In this document: piece after piece, positions 20,825-30,813 of the stretch | Layout of the letters: each line of letters opens with the position of its first letter | Position numbering within the stretch: the first letter of the stretch is position 1 | Assembly (NCBI GenBank): GCA_902553005.1 | Contig: CACDIK010000001.1 | Location: forward strand, 12,644-76,643 | Direction: 5' to 3' | DNA: 64,000 bases | Source: an uncultured Alphaproteobacteria bacterium | GTDB taxonomy: Bacteria > Pseudomonadota > Alphaproteobacteria > HIMB59 > GCA-002718135 | Made by a program: the position numbers and the translations under genes | The notes under the pieces: model-generated | The model's input: the letters and a program-made list of their open reading frames with translations, nothing else | Databases searched by the model: none | Told to the model about the DNA's origin: nothing

Positions 20825-20947
20825 ATGATTAAAAAAACATTAATAATTTTATTTCTTGTATTTAGCCCAATCACAGCATGCTCTACATTAAGTGAATTAA
20901 ACGAAAGGGTAAAGGGTGATGGAGTTCCTTATATTCCTGGAATTTAA
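20825..20947 (+). CDS. putative 40-aa lipoprotein
   Basis: ATG at 20825, 7 nt after the fdsA stop. MIKKTLIILFLVFSPITAC has a signal peptide and a lipobox-like ITAC. The track ORF start at 20765 lies inside fdsA and is unlikely. Confidence 0.4.
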   Translation: MIKKTLIILFLVFSPITACSTLSELNERVKGDGVPYIPGI

Positions 20948-20997
20948 TTTATAAAATTCTTGTCGAATTTATAATTTAATATAAATGAAAAATTAAT

Positions 20998-21073
<76 letters not shown>

Positions 21074-21085
21074 CCTTTATAACAT

Positions 21086-21850
21086 TTACGTTGAGTAAAA
21101 CTGATATAACGCAATCGATGTTGCATTAGAAACATTCAAACTATCAATTTCATATTTTAAATTTTTTTTTATGTTTATCTGCATTATTTCATCGCATTCT
21201 TTTTTTACTAATTCTCTAATACCTTTTCCTTCAGAGCCAAAAACTAATGCTGATTTTTTTGAAAAATTTAATTTTGAATTATTAATTTTTGAACTGTCAA
21301 AGCCATAAATCCAATAATTATTTTTTTTCAGAAAAGAAATAGCTCTTCTTATATTTGTCACTCTAATATAATTTACAATCTCGGCAGCACCAGAAGCTGA
21401 TTTATAAAGTGATGAAGTCAACTCTGGTGAATTATCTTTGCCAACTATAATTCCTGCACAATCAAATAATGCACATGATCTCATTATTGAACCAATATTT
21501 TGAGGATCAGTTACTTGATCTAAAATTAATATTACTGATTTTGCTTTCTTGCTTTCTACTTTTACAAATTCTTCTAAATCTGGCCTTTCAAAATCTTTTG
21601 TTTTTAGAACTACTCCTTGTGTTGTGTTCTCATTTCCAAATCTTCTTGTAAATTCATTTTGAGGAAGAATGGTAATTTTTTGTATTTTAGATTCATATTT
21701 TTTGGTAAAATTAGTCTGATTTTTACTAATAATTAGCTCAATATGCTCTCTTTTATCATTTTGTAGGGCTGCTTTAACAGAATGTTGACCAAAAATTGTA
21801 TGAATTCCTTGATTTTTATTAGATTTATTATTTCTAAACTTAGTCATCAT
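21086..21850 (-). CDS. rlmB: TrmH-family (SpoU) rRNA 2'-O-methyltransferase, RlmB-like
   Basis: 254 aa; SpoU motifs LDQVTDPQNIGSIMRS, LVFGSEGKGI and LNVSNA. Confidence 0.85.
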   Translation of the reverse strand: MMTKFRNNKSNKNQGIHTIFGQHSVKAALQNDKREHIELIISKNQTNFTKKYESKIQKITILPQNEFTRRFGNENTTQGVVLKTKDFERPDLEEFVKVESKKAKSVILILDQVTDPQNIGSIMRSCALFDCAGIIVGKDNSPELTSSLYKSASGAAEIVNYIRVTNIRRAISFLKKNNYWIYGFDSSKINNSKLNFSKKSALVFGSEGKGIRELVKKECDEIMQINIKKNLKYEIDSLNVSNATSIALYQFYST

Positions 21851-21972
21851 TTAATATCACAGATTTGTCTAATTAATACAATCTAGATATGTACAAAATA
21901 GCATTTTTTGTCTAAAAGGCCGTTGCTTTTACGAGTATACGTATTTTGCAAAGGTGAGGTTGCTGTTTTAGA

Positions 21973-21999
21973 TTGACATATATACTAATTTATTAGTAT
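21973..21999 (+). promoter_or_regulatory. candidate sigma-70 promoter for the tRNA-Tyr/tRNA-Gly/tuf unit
   Basis: TTGACA at 21973-21978 and TAGTAT at 21994-21999 (15-nt spacer), about 19 nt upstream of tRNA-Tyr, in the largest intergenic gap of the window. Confidence 0.4.
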
Positions 22000-22017
22000 T
22001 GGCCAATTTCTTCAAAC

Positions 22018-22103
22018 GGAGGGGTGGTCGAGTGGTTAAAGGCAGCGGACTGTAAATCCGCCCGCGTGAGCGTACGTAGGTTCGAATCCTACCCCCTCCA
22101 CCA
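22018..22103 (+). tRNA. tRNA-Tyr (anticodon GTA)
   Basis: 86 nt; acceptor GGAGGGG/CCCCTCC, anticodon arm GCGGA-CTGTAAA-TCCGC, long variable arm, encoded CCA. Confidence 0.92.
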
Positions 22104-22161
22104 TTATGGAGGTAATGGGATGAAAGCATTAAAGTGAGTGTGTGAAGCAGTCAGTTTAGTT

Positions 22162-22235
22162 GCGGGTGTAGCTTAGTGGTAAAGCTCCAGCCTTCCAAGC
22201 TGGCTACGAGGGTTCGATTCCCTTCACCCGCTCCA
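22162..22235 (+). tRNA. tRNA-Gly (anticodon TCC)
   Basis: 74 nt; acceptor GCGGGTG/CACCCGC, anticodon arm CCAGC-CTTCCAA-GCTGG, encoded CCA. Confidence 0.92.
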
Positions 22236-22262
22236 TAACAAAATATTATTGGGGTAAAAAAA

Positions 22263-23453
22263 ATGGCTAAAGCAAAATTCGAAAGAAACAAACCGCATTG
22301 TAACATAGGTACTGTTGGTCATGTTGACCATGGTAAAACAACATTAACTGCTGCTATAACAAAAATTTTAGCGGAGACAGGTGGAGCAGAATTTACAGAT
22401 TACGCAAACATCGACAAAGCACCTGAAGAAAGAGAACGTGGTATTACAATATCTACTGCACACGTTGAATATGAAACTGAAGCAAGACATTATGCTCATG
22501 TAGATTGTCCTGGACACGCAGATTATGTTAAGAACATGATTACTGGTGCAGCTCAAATGGATGGCGGTATTCTTGTTGTTAATGCAGCCGACGGACCAAT
22601 GCCTCAAACAAGAGAACACATACTTCTAGCTAGACAGGTAGGCGTACCTGCTCTTGTTGTATACATGAACAAAGTCGATCAAGTAGATGACAAAGAATTA
22701 ATTGATCTAGTTGAAATGGAAATTAGAGAACTTCTTACTTCATATGAATTCCCAGGTGATACTATCCCAATCATTAAGGGTTCAGCTTTAGCAGCTCTTG
22801 AAGGTAGAGATGATGAAATTGGAAAAAATTCAATAATGGAATTAATGAAAGCAGTTGACGAACATATACCACAACCTAGCCGACCTGTAGATCAGCCTTT
22901 CTTAATGCCAGTTGAGGATGTATTTTCAATTTCTGGTAGAGGTACAGTTGTAACTGGAAGAATTGAACAAGGTCAAGTTAAAGTTGGAGAGGAAATTGAA
23001 ATCCTAGGAATCAGAGAGCCACAAAAAACTACTTGTACTGGAGTTGAAATGTTTAGAAAACTTTTAGACTCTGGTGAGGCCGGTGACAACGTCGGTGTTC
23101 TTCTTCGAGGAACAAAAAGAGAAGAAGTTGAACGTGGTCAAGTATTAGCAAAACCTGGTTCAATAAAACCTCATACAAAATTTAAAGCAGAAGCATATGT
23201 ATTAAAAAAAGAAGAAGGTGGAAGACACACCCCATTCTTTTCAAATTACAGACCTCAATTCTACTTTAGAACAACTGATGTAACTGGAACAATTAAATTA
23301 CCAGAAGGAACAGAAATGGTTATGCCAGGTGATAATATCGCTATGGAAGTTACTCTTTTGTCTCCAATTGCAATGGATAAAGGTTTAAAATTTGCAATTA
23401 GAGAAGGTGGAAGAACAGTTGGCGCTGGAGTTGTTGCTGAAATTATTGAATAG
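22263..23453 (+). CDS. tuf: elongation factor Tu
   Basis: 396 aa; [15 protein letters not shown] and NKVD GTPase motifs; unmistakable EF-Tu. Confidence 0.98.
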   Translation: MAKAKFERNKPHCNIGTVGHVDHGKTTLTAAITKILAETGGAEFTDYANIDKAPEERERGITISTAHVEYETEARHYAHVDCPGHADYVKNMITGAAQMDGGILVVNAADGPMPQTREHILLARQVGVPALVVYMNKVDQVDDKELIDLVEMEIRELLTSYEFPGDTIPIIKGSALAALEGRDDEIGKNSIMELMKAVDEHIPQPSRPVDQPFLMPVEDVFSISGRGTVVTGRIEQGQVKVGEEIEILGIREPQKTTCTGVEMFRKLLDSGEAGDNVGVLLRGTKREEVERGQVLAKPGSIKPHTKFKAEAYVLKKEEGGRHTPFFSNYRPQFYFRTTDVTGTIKLPEGTEMVMPGDNIAMEVTLLSPIAMDKGLKFAIREGGRTVGAGVVAEIIE

Positions 23454-23490
23454 TTTTAGAGACCGTTCTATCAGTTAGCCAATACTTATT

Positions 23491-23566
23491 AGGAGTGTAG
23501 CTCAACTGGTAGAGCACCGGTCTCCAAAACCGGGGGCTGCGGGTTCAAGTCCTGCCACTCCTGCCA
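23491..23566 (+). tRNA. tRNA-Trp (anticodon CCA)
   Basis: 76 nt; acceptor AGGAGTG/CACTCCT, anticodon arm CCGGT-CTCCAAA-ACCGG, encoded CCA; canonical position before secE. Confidence 0.92.
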
Positions 23567-23580
23567 AGAGAAATGAAAAT

Positions 23581-23796
23581 ATGAATATTGAAAAAAAGAA
23601 AACATCACCAGCCCTTTTTGTAAGACAAGTTCGACAAGAATTACAAAAAGTGACTTGGCCACAAAGGAGAGATACTTTTATTTCTTCTGCAATAGTCATA
23701 TTACTAATAATATTATTCTCATTATTTTTTCTTTTAACTGATCAAATATGGTCTTTTTCAATAAGAAAAATAATTGAAATAGGTTCAGGGTTTTAA
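23581..23796 (+). CDS. secE: preprotein translocase subunit SecE
   Basis: 71 aa; VRQELQKVTWP motif and one C-terminal TM; tRNA-Trp-secE-nusG synteny. Confidence 0.9.
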   Translation: MNIEKKKTSPALFVRQVRQELQKVTWPQRRDTFISSAIVILLIILFSLFFLLTDQIWSFSIRKIIEIGSGF

Positions 23797-24329
23797 TGAA
23801 TAAAGCAAGATGGTACGTTCTTCATGCCTATTCAGGTTATGAGAAAAAAGTTGCTGATAGCATTATTGATCAAGCAACGAAACTTGGTGTTAAAGAACAT
23901 ATCGAAGAAATATCTGTTCCAGTTCAAAACATTGTTGAAGTAAAAAGAGGTGTAAGGGTTAATACAGAAAGGAAAATATATCCTGGCTATATACTTATTA
24001 AAATGAGCTTAAATGATGATACTTGGCATATTATTAAAACAACACCAAAGTTAAGTGGTTTTTTAGGCAACAAAGGTAAGCCAGTTCCTATTAGTAATGC
24101 TGAAGCAAAAAGAATCTCTGAACAAGTTATCGATGGTGTTGAAAAATCTAGACCAGCGATAATGTATGATGTTGGAGAACAAGTAAAAGTTATTGATGGA
24201 CCTTTTGCATCATTTAATGGAGAAGTTGAGCAAATAGATGAAGATAAAGCAAGATTAAGAGTGGCTGTTTCAATTTTTGGAAGATCAACACCTGTTGATT
24301 TAGAATATTCTCAGGTAGAAAAGGTATAA
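23796..24329 (+). CDS. nusG: transcription termination/antitermination factor NusG
   Basis: 177 aa; the N-terminus WYVLHAYSGYEKKV (NGN domain) and a C-terminal KOW domain. Confidence 0.95.
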   Translation: MNKARWYVLHAYSGYEKKVADSIIDQATKLGVKEHIEEISVPVQNIVEVKRGVRVNTERKIYPGYILIKMSLNDDTWHIIKTTPKLSGFLGNKGKPVPISNAEAKRISEQVIDGVEKSRPAIMYDVGEQVKVIDGPFASFNGEVEQIDEDKARLRVAVSIFGRSTPVDLEYSQVEKV

Positions 24330-24332
24330 ACT

Positions 24333-24761
24333 ATGGCTAAAGAAATTTTAGGATTAATTAAATTACAAATCCCTGCTGGAGGAGCTAACCCTTCACCTCC
24401 CGTTGGTCCTGCTCTTGGACAAAGAGGTTTGAATATAATGGATTTTTGTAAAGCATTTAATGATAAAACGAAAGATTTAGAAAAAGGTGCACCAATTCCA
24501 GTTATTATCACAGCATACAAAGATAGAAGCTTCGATTTCACTACCAAATTACCACCAGTAAGTTTCTATCTAAAAAAAGCAGCAAAAATAAAAAAAGGAA
24601 ACTCAACCCCTGGAAGATCATTAGTAGGTAAAGTTTCAATGCAAGATATTGAAAAAATTGCCAAAGAAAAAATGCAAGATTTAAATGCTATTGATCTTAA
24701 TGGGGCAATGAACATGGTTAAAGGATCTGCTGTTTCAATGGGTATGGAGGTAGTTGGTTAA
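24333..24761 (+). CDS. rplK: 50S ribosomal protein L11
   Basis: 142 aa; [23 protein letters not shown]. Confidence 0.98.
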   Translation: MAKEILGLIKLQIPAGGANPSPPVGPALGQRGLNIMDFCKAFNDKTKDLEKGAPIPVIITAYKDRSFDFTTKLPPVSFYLKKAAKIKKGNSTPGRSLVGKVSMQDIEKIAKEKMQDLNAIDLNGAMNMVKGSAVSMGMEVVG

Positions 24762-25450
24762 TGAAAATAACAAAAAATAGAAAGCAAATGTTAAATAGTT
24801 TAGACACTACAAAAGTTTACGAGCCATTAGAAGCGATTAAAATTTTAAAAGAAAAATCTTACGTAAAGTTTAAAGAAACAATTGATATTTCAATTAATCT
24901 TGGAATTGATAGTAACAAAACTGATCAAAATATTAAAGGTGTTGTAAATCTTCCTAAGGGCACAGGAAAAACTATAAAGGTCGCAGTAATTGCAAATGAA
25001 GACAAACAAAACGATGCAAAAAATAATGGAGCAGACTTGGTAGGAAGTGATGATTTGATCGAAATAATTTCTAAATCAAAAATAGAATTCGATGTTCTAA
25101 TCGCGACTCCAGATATGATGCCTAAATTAGGTAAAGTAGCAAAAATACTAGGTCCAAAAGGATTAATGCCAAATCCAAAACTCGGCACTGTAACAAATGA
25201 AATTTCTCAATCAGTAAAAGACGCTAAATCAGGTCAAGTTAAATTCAAAAATGATAAATCTGGTATCGTCCACGCTGGTGTTGGCAAAATAGATTTTAGT
25301 GAAGAAGATTTGTTAGAAAATATTAAAACATTTTATTCTTCAGTTAGTAAAAGTAAACCTGATGCTGTTAAGGGTTCTTTTATAAAAAAGGTTACCATAG
25401 CTTCAACTATGGGAGTTGGATTAAATATTAACCAAGCTAGCTTACGTTAA
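24761..25450 (+). CDS. rplA: 50S ribosomal protein L1
   Basis: 229 aa; L1 family sequence in the L11 operon position. Confidence 0.97.
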   Translation: MKITKNRKQMLNSLDTTKVYEPLEAIKILKEKSYVKFKETIDISINLGIDSNKTDQNIKGVVNLPKGTGKTIKVAVIANEDKQNDAKNNGADLVGSDDLIEIISKSKIEFDVLIATPDMMPKLGKVAKILGPKGLMPNPKLGTVTNEISQSVKDAKSGQVKFKNDKSGIVHAGVGKIDFSEEDLLENIKTFYSSVSKSKPDAVKGSFIKKVTIASTMGVGLNINQASLR

Positions 25451-25634
25451 TTAATCCAAAAGATGATCTTTGATCATCACCTGTCAAAGACTGCAGGAGC
25501 TTTTTAGCTTAATATCCTGCATAGACTGAAGCGAGTCATTGATTTGCTTCTTGACAGGCTTTAAATTAGTTTGGTGGTCAAACTAATTTTAGCTAATATT
25601 GGATCTTTTGGATCCAATTAAAACCGAGGTTGAC
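25451..25634 (+). promoter_or_regulatory. structured rplJ 5' leader (candidate L10(L12)4 autoregulatory leader)
   Basis: 184-nt non-coding spacer in an otherwise gapless genome. It contains hairpin 25462-25478, a long-range helix CCTGTCAA (25480-87) / TTGACAGG (25551-58) enclosing nested helices (TGCAGGA/TCCTGCA, GAAGC/GCTTC), an 11-bp hairpin at 25563-25589 and hairpin 25599-25617 just before the SD. Confidence 0.55.
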
Positions 25635-26156
25635 GTGAAACGTTCTGAAAAAAAAGATTTTGTAAGTAATCTCAAAGAAGACTTTTCAAATGCTACTTCA
25701 GTAATTGTAGCTGAATATTCTGGGCTAACGGTTAATGAAACAGAGCAACTTAGAAAAGAAATGAGAGATAATGGAGCAAAATTTAAAGTAACTAAGAACA
25801 GACTCACTAAACTTGCTATATCTGAAACTCAATTTAAAGATATTTCAGAATTTTTCAAAGGTCCAACAGCAATTGCTTATTCTGATGATGCAGTAGCACC
25901 AGCAAAAGTAGCAGTTAGTTTTGAGAAAAAATTTGAAAAATTTAATATTATTGGAGGAGGTTATAACGGAGAGAAAATTGATAAAGAAAAAATTGATTTT
26001 CTTGCAAAATTACCTTCTTTAGATGAGTTAAGAGGAAAAATAATAGGATTAATTTCTGCACCTGCTCAAAAGATAGCTTCAATTACAGCTGAACCTGGAG
26101 CACAAATTGCAAGATTAATTAGTTCTAACAGTAGCAATAAACAAGAGTCGAACTAG
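25635..26156 (+). CDS. rplJ: 50S ribosomal protein L10
   Basis: I prefer GTG at 25635, preceded by GAGG 5 nt upstream, giving VKRSEKKDFVSNL, a typical L10 N-terminus. The track's TTG at 25599 lies inside a leader hairpin. Confidence 0.93.
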   Translation: MKRSEKKDFVSNLKEDFSNATSVIVAEYSGLTVNETEQLRKEMRDNGAKFKVTKNRLTKLAISETQFKDISEFFKGPTAIAYSDDAVAPAKVAVSFEKKFEKFNIIGGGYNGEKIDKEKIDFLAKLPSLDELRGKIIGLISAPAQKIASITAEPGAQIARLISSNSSNKQESN

Positions 26157-26174
26157 GTAAATAAGGAGAAATAG

Positions 26175-26552
26175 ATGGCTGATTTAAATAAAATTGTAGA
26201 AGATCTTTCTTCCCTAACAGTTCTTGAGGCAGCTGAATTAAGTAAATTGCTTGAAGAAAAATGGGGCGTATCCGCTGCTGCACCAGTTGCAGTTGCTGCA
26301 GCTCCAGCTGCAGGTGGTGGAGAGGCTGCTGCAGAAGAGAAAACAGAATTTGATATTGAACTATCTGAATCTGGATCTAACAAAATTGCTGTTATTAAAG
26401 AGGTAAGAACAATTACTGGTCTTGGCTTAAAAGAAGCAAAAGATTTAGTTGAAGGTGCACCAAAACCTCTAAAGCAAGGTGTGAAAAAAGAAGAAGCTGA
26501 AGAAATGAAAAAAGCATTAGAAGCAGCTGGAGCTAAAGTTACATTAAAATAA
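26175..26552 (+). CDS. rplL: 50S ribosomal protein L7/L12
   Basis: 125 aa; Ala-rich hinge and a C-terminal [12 protein letters not shown] domain. Confidence 0.98.
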   Translation: MADLNKIVEDLSSLTVLEAAELSKLLEEKWGVSAAAPVAVAAAPAAGGGEAAAEEKTEFDIELSESGSNKIAVIKEVRTITGLGLKEAKDLVEGAPKPLKQGVKKEEAEEMKKALEAAGAKVTLK

Positions 26553-26557
26553 ACACT

Positions 26558-26576
26558 AGGCCTTTTTTAAAGGCCT
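26558..26576 (+). terminator. hairpin between rplL and rpoB (possible attenuator/processing site)
   Basis: AGGCCTTT-TTT-AAAGGCCT forms a perfect 8-bp stem with a 3-nt loop, 6 nt after the rplL stop. No clear U-tract follows, so at most it is a partial terminator. Confidence 0.35.
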
Positions 26577-26607
26577 TATGTTAAATGTTTATAAGTAAAG
26601 GAGAGAA

Positions 26608-29600
26608 ATGAGTTTAGATCACATTAATTCAAAAAAAATTAGAAAATCTTTTGGAAAAATACCTCTTGTTACATCTTTACCAAATTTAGTAGAGGTTCAA
26701 AAAAGATCATTCGACAATTTTTTACAATTAAGAACTGATCCAGAAAAAAGAGAGGATACTGGTCTTCACTCAATTTTCAAATCGGTATTCCCAATACATG
26801 ACTATACAGAAAGAGCCTCTGTAGATTATGTTAGTTATAATCTTGGAGTACCAAAATACGATGTAGAAGAGTGTTCTCAAAGAGGTCTTACGTATGGAAC
26901 TCCACTTCTAGTAAACTTTCGATTAATTATTTGGGATATAGATGAAATAGCCGGAACTAAATCTGTAAGAGATATAAAAGAACAAGAAGTATATATGGGT
27001 GATATCCCACTTATGACAAAAAATGCTACATTTGTAGTAAATGGGACTGAAAGAGTAGTAGTAAGTCAAATGCATAGATCGCCAGGTGTGTTCTTTGATC
27101 ATGATTTTGGTAAAACACACACAAGTGGTAAATATCTTTTTAATGCAAGAATAATTCCATATCGGGGCTCATGGCTCGATTTTGAGCATGACGCAAAGAA
27201 TAATATTCATGCAAGAATTGATAGAAAAAGAAAGTTTCCTGTGACCACTTTGTTTAAGTGTCTTCTAAGCAGTTTATCAGAGAAATATATACAAAATTGT
27301 GAAAATAATAAAATTGAGCCTGATCCAAAAAAAATTCTTGGTATGACAGGGGAAGAAATTTTATCAATTTTTTACGACAACATCGTTTATAAAAAAAATG
27401 ATTATGGATGGTCATTTAAAGTAGACTTACCATTTTTCAAAGCTAAGATCTTAAATTATGATCTACTTGATTCAAAAAATGGAAAGATTGTTATTTCTAA
27501 AGGTACAAAAGTTAATCAAAAAATCATCAACGATTTAAATAAGAAGAAGATTACAAATCTTTCTATTAATGAAGAATCTTTAATAGGTTTATTTATATCC
27601 TCAGATATTATTGATGAAAAAACTGGTAAAATACACTTTGAAGCAGGATACGAAATCGACGAAGTTTTCTTACAATTTTTAAATAATGAGAAAATTAGCA
27701 AAATTGATATACTTAAATCTGATAATATTGAGATTGGTTCATACATAAGAAATACACTTCAAGCAGATAAAGCGAGGTCAAGAGAAGAAGCTCTATTTGA
27801 GATTTTTAAAATATTAAGACCAGGTGAGCCACCTACTATAGAAACCGCAGAAACTTTATTTAATAATCTTTTCTTTAACCAAGATAGATACGATTTGTCC
27901 TCAGTAGGAAGATTAAAAATAAATGCTAAATTTAAAAAAAATACTCAAAAAGAACAAAGAATAATTGATAAAAGTGATATTTTAGATGTTGTTAAACATA
28001 TGCACAATCTAATTGATGGAAAAGGGGAAATCGATGATATCGATCATCTAGCAAACCGTAGAGTCCGCTCTGTTGGTGAACTTTTAGAGAACCAATATCG
28101 TATTGGTTTGCTAAAAATGGATAGAGCAATAAAAGAGAGACTAAGCTCATTAGAGGTAGATAATATTATGCCTCAAGATATAGTTAATGCAAAACCTGTA
28201 GTTGCTTCAATAAAAGAATTTTTTGGACTTAGTCAACTCAGTCAGTTTATGGATCAAACTAATCCATTAAGTGAAATTACACATAAACGAAGAGTATCTG
28301 CACTGGGTCCAGGTGGATTAAATAGGGAAAGAGCTGGATTTGAGGTAAGGGATGTGCACCAAACTCATTATGGAAGAATTTGCCCGATTGAAACACCTGA
28401 AGGAGCAAATATTGGCTTAATTAATAGCTTGGCATCGTATTCTAGAATTAATAAATATGGTTTTATTGAAACCCCATATAGAATTGTAAATGCTGGAAAA
28501 GTTACAGATAAAGTAATCTATTTGAGTGCTATAGATGAAGAAGACTTCGTAATAGCACAAGCAAACGCAGAAGTTGACAATAAAGGTAAGTTCGCAAATC
28601 AGATTGTTAGTTGCAGAAAAAATGGAGAGTTTATTAATGTAGATGTTGATGCAATAGACTTAATGGATGTATCTCCTCAACAATTGGTTTCTGTTGCTTC
28701 TTCTTTAATTCCTTTCTTAGAAAACGATGACGCAAATAGAGCTCTAATGGGTTCAAATATGATGAGACAAGCAGTTCCATTAATAAAACCAAAGGCTCCA
28801 TTGGTTGGTACTGGAATGGAATATACAGTAGCTAATGACAGCGGATCAACTATTGTAGCAAAAAGAGAAGGAATAGTTGATCAACTTGATGCCAACAGAA
28901 TAGTAATTAGAATAACTGACAAAAATGATAAGACTTTAAATAAAATTGATATTTACAATTTATCCAAATTTCAGAGATCTAATCAAAACACATGCATTAC
29001 ACAGCGTCCACTTGTAAATGTTGGAGATAAAATCCTTAAAAACCAGGTAATAGCTGATGGTCCTGCAACCGATTTAGGTGAACTTGCCCTTGGTAGAAAC
29101 GTATTAGCAGCATTTATGCCTTGGAATGGTTATAATTTTGAAGATTCAATTTTGATATCTGAGAAAGTTGTGCAAGATGATGTATTCACTTCAATTCATG
29201 TTGAGGAATTCGAAGTAATGTCTAGGGACACAAAACTAGGGCCCGAGGAAATAACTAGAGATATTCCAAATGCAAGCGAAGAGATGCTTGTTAACCTTGA
29301 TGAGACAGGTATTGTTTACGTAGGAGCCGAGGTTAACTCTGGAGATATATTAGTTGGTAAAGTTACGCCAAAGGGTGAGTCTCCAATGACTCCTGAGGAA
29401 AAATTACTTAGAGCTATATTTGGAGAAAAAGCAGCAGACGTAAAAGATACTAGTTTGAGAGTACCTCCAGGAGTTAAAGGAACTGTAGTTGAAATAAGAG
29501 TCTTTTCAAGAAGAGGTATTGAAAAAGATGAAAGAGCAATCAGTATTGAAAATAATCAAATTGAGGTTGTTGCTCGTGATAGAGATGATGAGTTAAAGAT

Positions 29601-30813
29601 TTTAGAAAAAAGCTTTGGTAATCATCTTAGAGAATTACTTAACAATCAAACTTTTATATCTGGTTTAGATAGTTTTAAAAAAAATACTTCCATTAAATAT
29701 GATCAATTAGAAAGTTTAAGTTTAAACGAACTTTTAAAAATAAATATATTAGATGAGAAAAAAAATGATCAGATAGAATTATTGGTAAAAAATTATGAAA
29801 ATCAACTTGGTAATATAAACCAAAAATTTGAAAATAAAATTGATAAGATTCAAAGTGGTGATGAGTTACTACCTGGTGTACTTAAGTTAATTAAAGTGTT
29901 TATTTCAGTAAAACGTAAACTTCAACCAGGAGATAAAATGGCAGGAAGACATGGAAACAAAGGAGTAATTTCAAAAATATGTCCTGTTGAAGATATGCCA
30001 TATCTTGAAGATGGAACACCTGTGGACATTGTTTTAAATCCATTAGGAGTACCAAGTAGAATGAATATTGGCCAAATTTTAGAAACACACCTTGGATGGG
30101 CATCTGCATCATTAGGTAAACAAGTCAAAGAAATGTTAAAAAAAATAGAGACAGAAGGTCAAACGAATAATTTAAGAAATAAGCTTCTAGAAATTTATGA
30201 TTTAGAAAGTCACCAAAAAATTATTAAAAACATGAATGATGATGAAGTCTTAGAGTTAGGTAATAACTTAAAAGAGGGTATTCCATTTGCTACGCCTGTT
30301 TTTGATGGAGCTAAAGAAAAGGACATAACAAAATTATTAGATATTTCAGGTGTCTCTGATACTGGTCAAGAAATTCTATATGATGGTATTACAGGTCAAA
30401 AATTTGAAAGACCAGTAACTGTTGGTTACATGTATATGTTAAAATTACATCATCTGGTTGATGAAAAAATTCACGCTAGATCAATTGGACCATATAGTTT
30501 AGTTACTCAACAACCACTTGGTGGTAAAGCACAATTTGGTGGACAAAGATTTGGAGAAATGGAGGTATGGGCTTTAGAAGCTTATGGAGCAGCATATACA
30601 TTACAGGAAATTTTAACTATTAAATCAGATGATGTTGCAGGAAGAACCAAAGTTTATGAATCAATAGTTAAAGGTGATAATAATTTTGAATCAGGAACAC
30701 CAGAGTCTTTCAATGTTATGGTAAAAGAGTTGAGATCTCTTGGTTTAAACTTAGATTTTAAAGAAAACGTTAAAGAAAATAATCTAACCAACTTAATAGG
30801 TACAAATGAATAA
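26608..30813 (+). CDS. rpoB: DNA-directed RNA polymerase subunit beta
   Basis: 1401 aa; canonical beta-subunit conserved blocks throughout. Confidence 0.99.
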   Translation: MSLDHINSKKIRKSFGKIPLVTSLPNLVEVQKRSFDNFLQLRTDPEKREDTGLHSIFKSVFPIHDYTERASVDYVSYNLGVPKYDVEECSQRGLTYGTPLLVNFRLIIWDIDEIAGTKSVRDIKEQEVYMGDIPLMTKNATFVVNGTERVVVSQMHRSPGVFFDHDFGKTHTSGKYLFNARIIPYRGSWLDFEHDAKNNIHARIDRKRKFPVTTLFKCLLSSLSEKYIQNCENNKIEPDPKKILGMTGEEILSIFYDNIVYKKNDYGWSFKVDLPFFKAKILNYDLLDSKNGKIVISKGTKVNQKIINDLNKKKITNLSINEESLIGLFISSDIIDEKTGKIHFEAGYEIDEVFLQFLNNEKISKIDILKSDNIEIGSYIRNTLQADKARSREEALFEIFKILRPGEPPTIETAETLFNNLFFNQDRYDLSSVGRLKINAKFKKNTQKEQRIIDKSDILDVVKHMHNLIDGKGEIDDIDHLANRRVRSVGELLENQYRIGLLKMDRAIKERLSSLEVDNIMPQDIVNAKPVVASIKEFFGLSQLSQFMDQTNPLSEITHKRRVSALGPGGLNRERAGFEVRDVHQTHYGRICPIETPEGANIGLINSLASYSRINKYGFIETPYRIVNAGKVTDKVIYLSAIDEEDFVIAQANAEVDNKGKFANQIVSCRKNGEFINVDVDAIDLMDVSPQQLVSVASSLIPFLENDDANRALMGSNMMRQAVPLIKPKAPLVGTGMEYTVANDSGSTIVAKREGIVDQLDANRIVIRITDKNDKTLNKIDIYNLSKFQRSNQNTCITQRPLVNVGDKILKNQVIADGPATDLGELALGRNVLAAFMPWNGYNFEDSILISEKVVQDDVFTSIHVEEFEVMSRDTKLGPEEITRDIPNASEEMLVNLDETGIVYVGAEVNSGDILVGKVTPKGESPMTPEEKLLRAIFGEKAADVKDTSLRVPPGVKGTVVEIRVFSRRGIEKDERAISIENNQIEVVARDRDDELKILEKSFGNHLRELLNNQTFISGLDSFKKNTSIKYDQLESLSLNELLKINILDEKKNDQIELLVKNYENQLGNINQKFENKIDKIQSGDELLPGVLKLIKVFISVKRKLQPGDKMAGRHGNKGVISKICPVEDMPYLEDGTPVDIVLNPLGVPSRMNIGQILETHLGWASASLGKQVKEMLKKIETEGQTNNLRNKLLEIYDLESHQKIIKNMNDDEVLELGNNLKEGIPFATPVFDGAKEKDITKLLDISGVSDTGQEILYDGITGQKFERPVTVGYMYMLKLHHLVDEKIHARSIGPYSLVTQQPLGGKAQFGGQRFGEMEVWALEAYGAAYTLQEILTIKSDDVAGRTKVYESIVKGDNNFESGTPESFNVMVKELRSLGLNLDFKENVKENNLTNLIGTNE

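Noticed and set aside
20765-20947. 60-aa ORF starting inside fdsA
   Set aside because: The first 20 codons overlap the fdsA 3' end in another frame. The internal ATG at 20825 gives a clean signal peptide, so only the short form is reported, and with low confidence.
25551-25556. TTGACA inside the rplJ leader as a promoter -35 box
   Set aside because: No acceptable -10 hexamer lies at 15-19 nt. The hexamer is the 3' strand of the long-range helix pairing with CCTGTCAA at 25480-25487.
25599-25634. TTG start for rplJ
   Set aside because: It lies inside a leader hairpin with no SD. GTG 25635 has a GAGG SD and reproduces the conserved L10 N-terminus.
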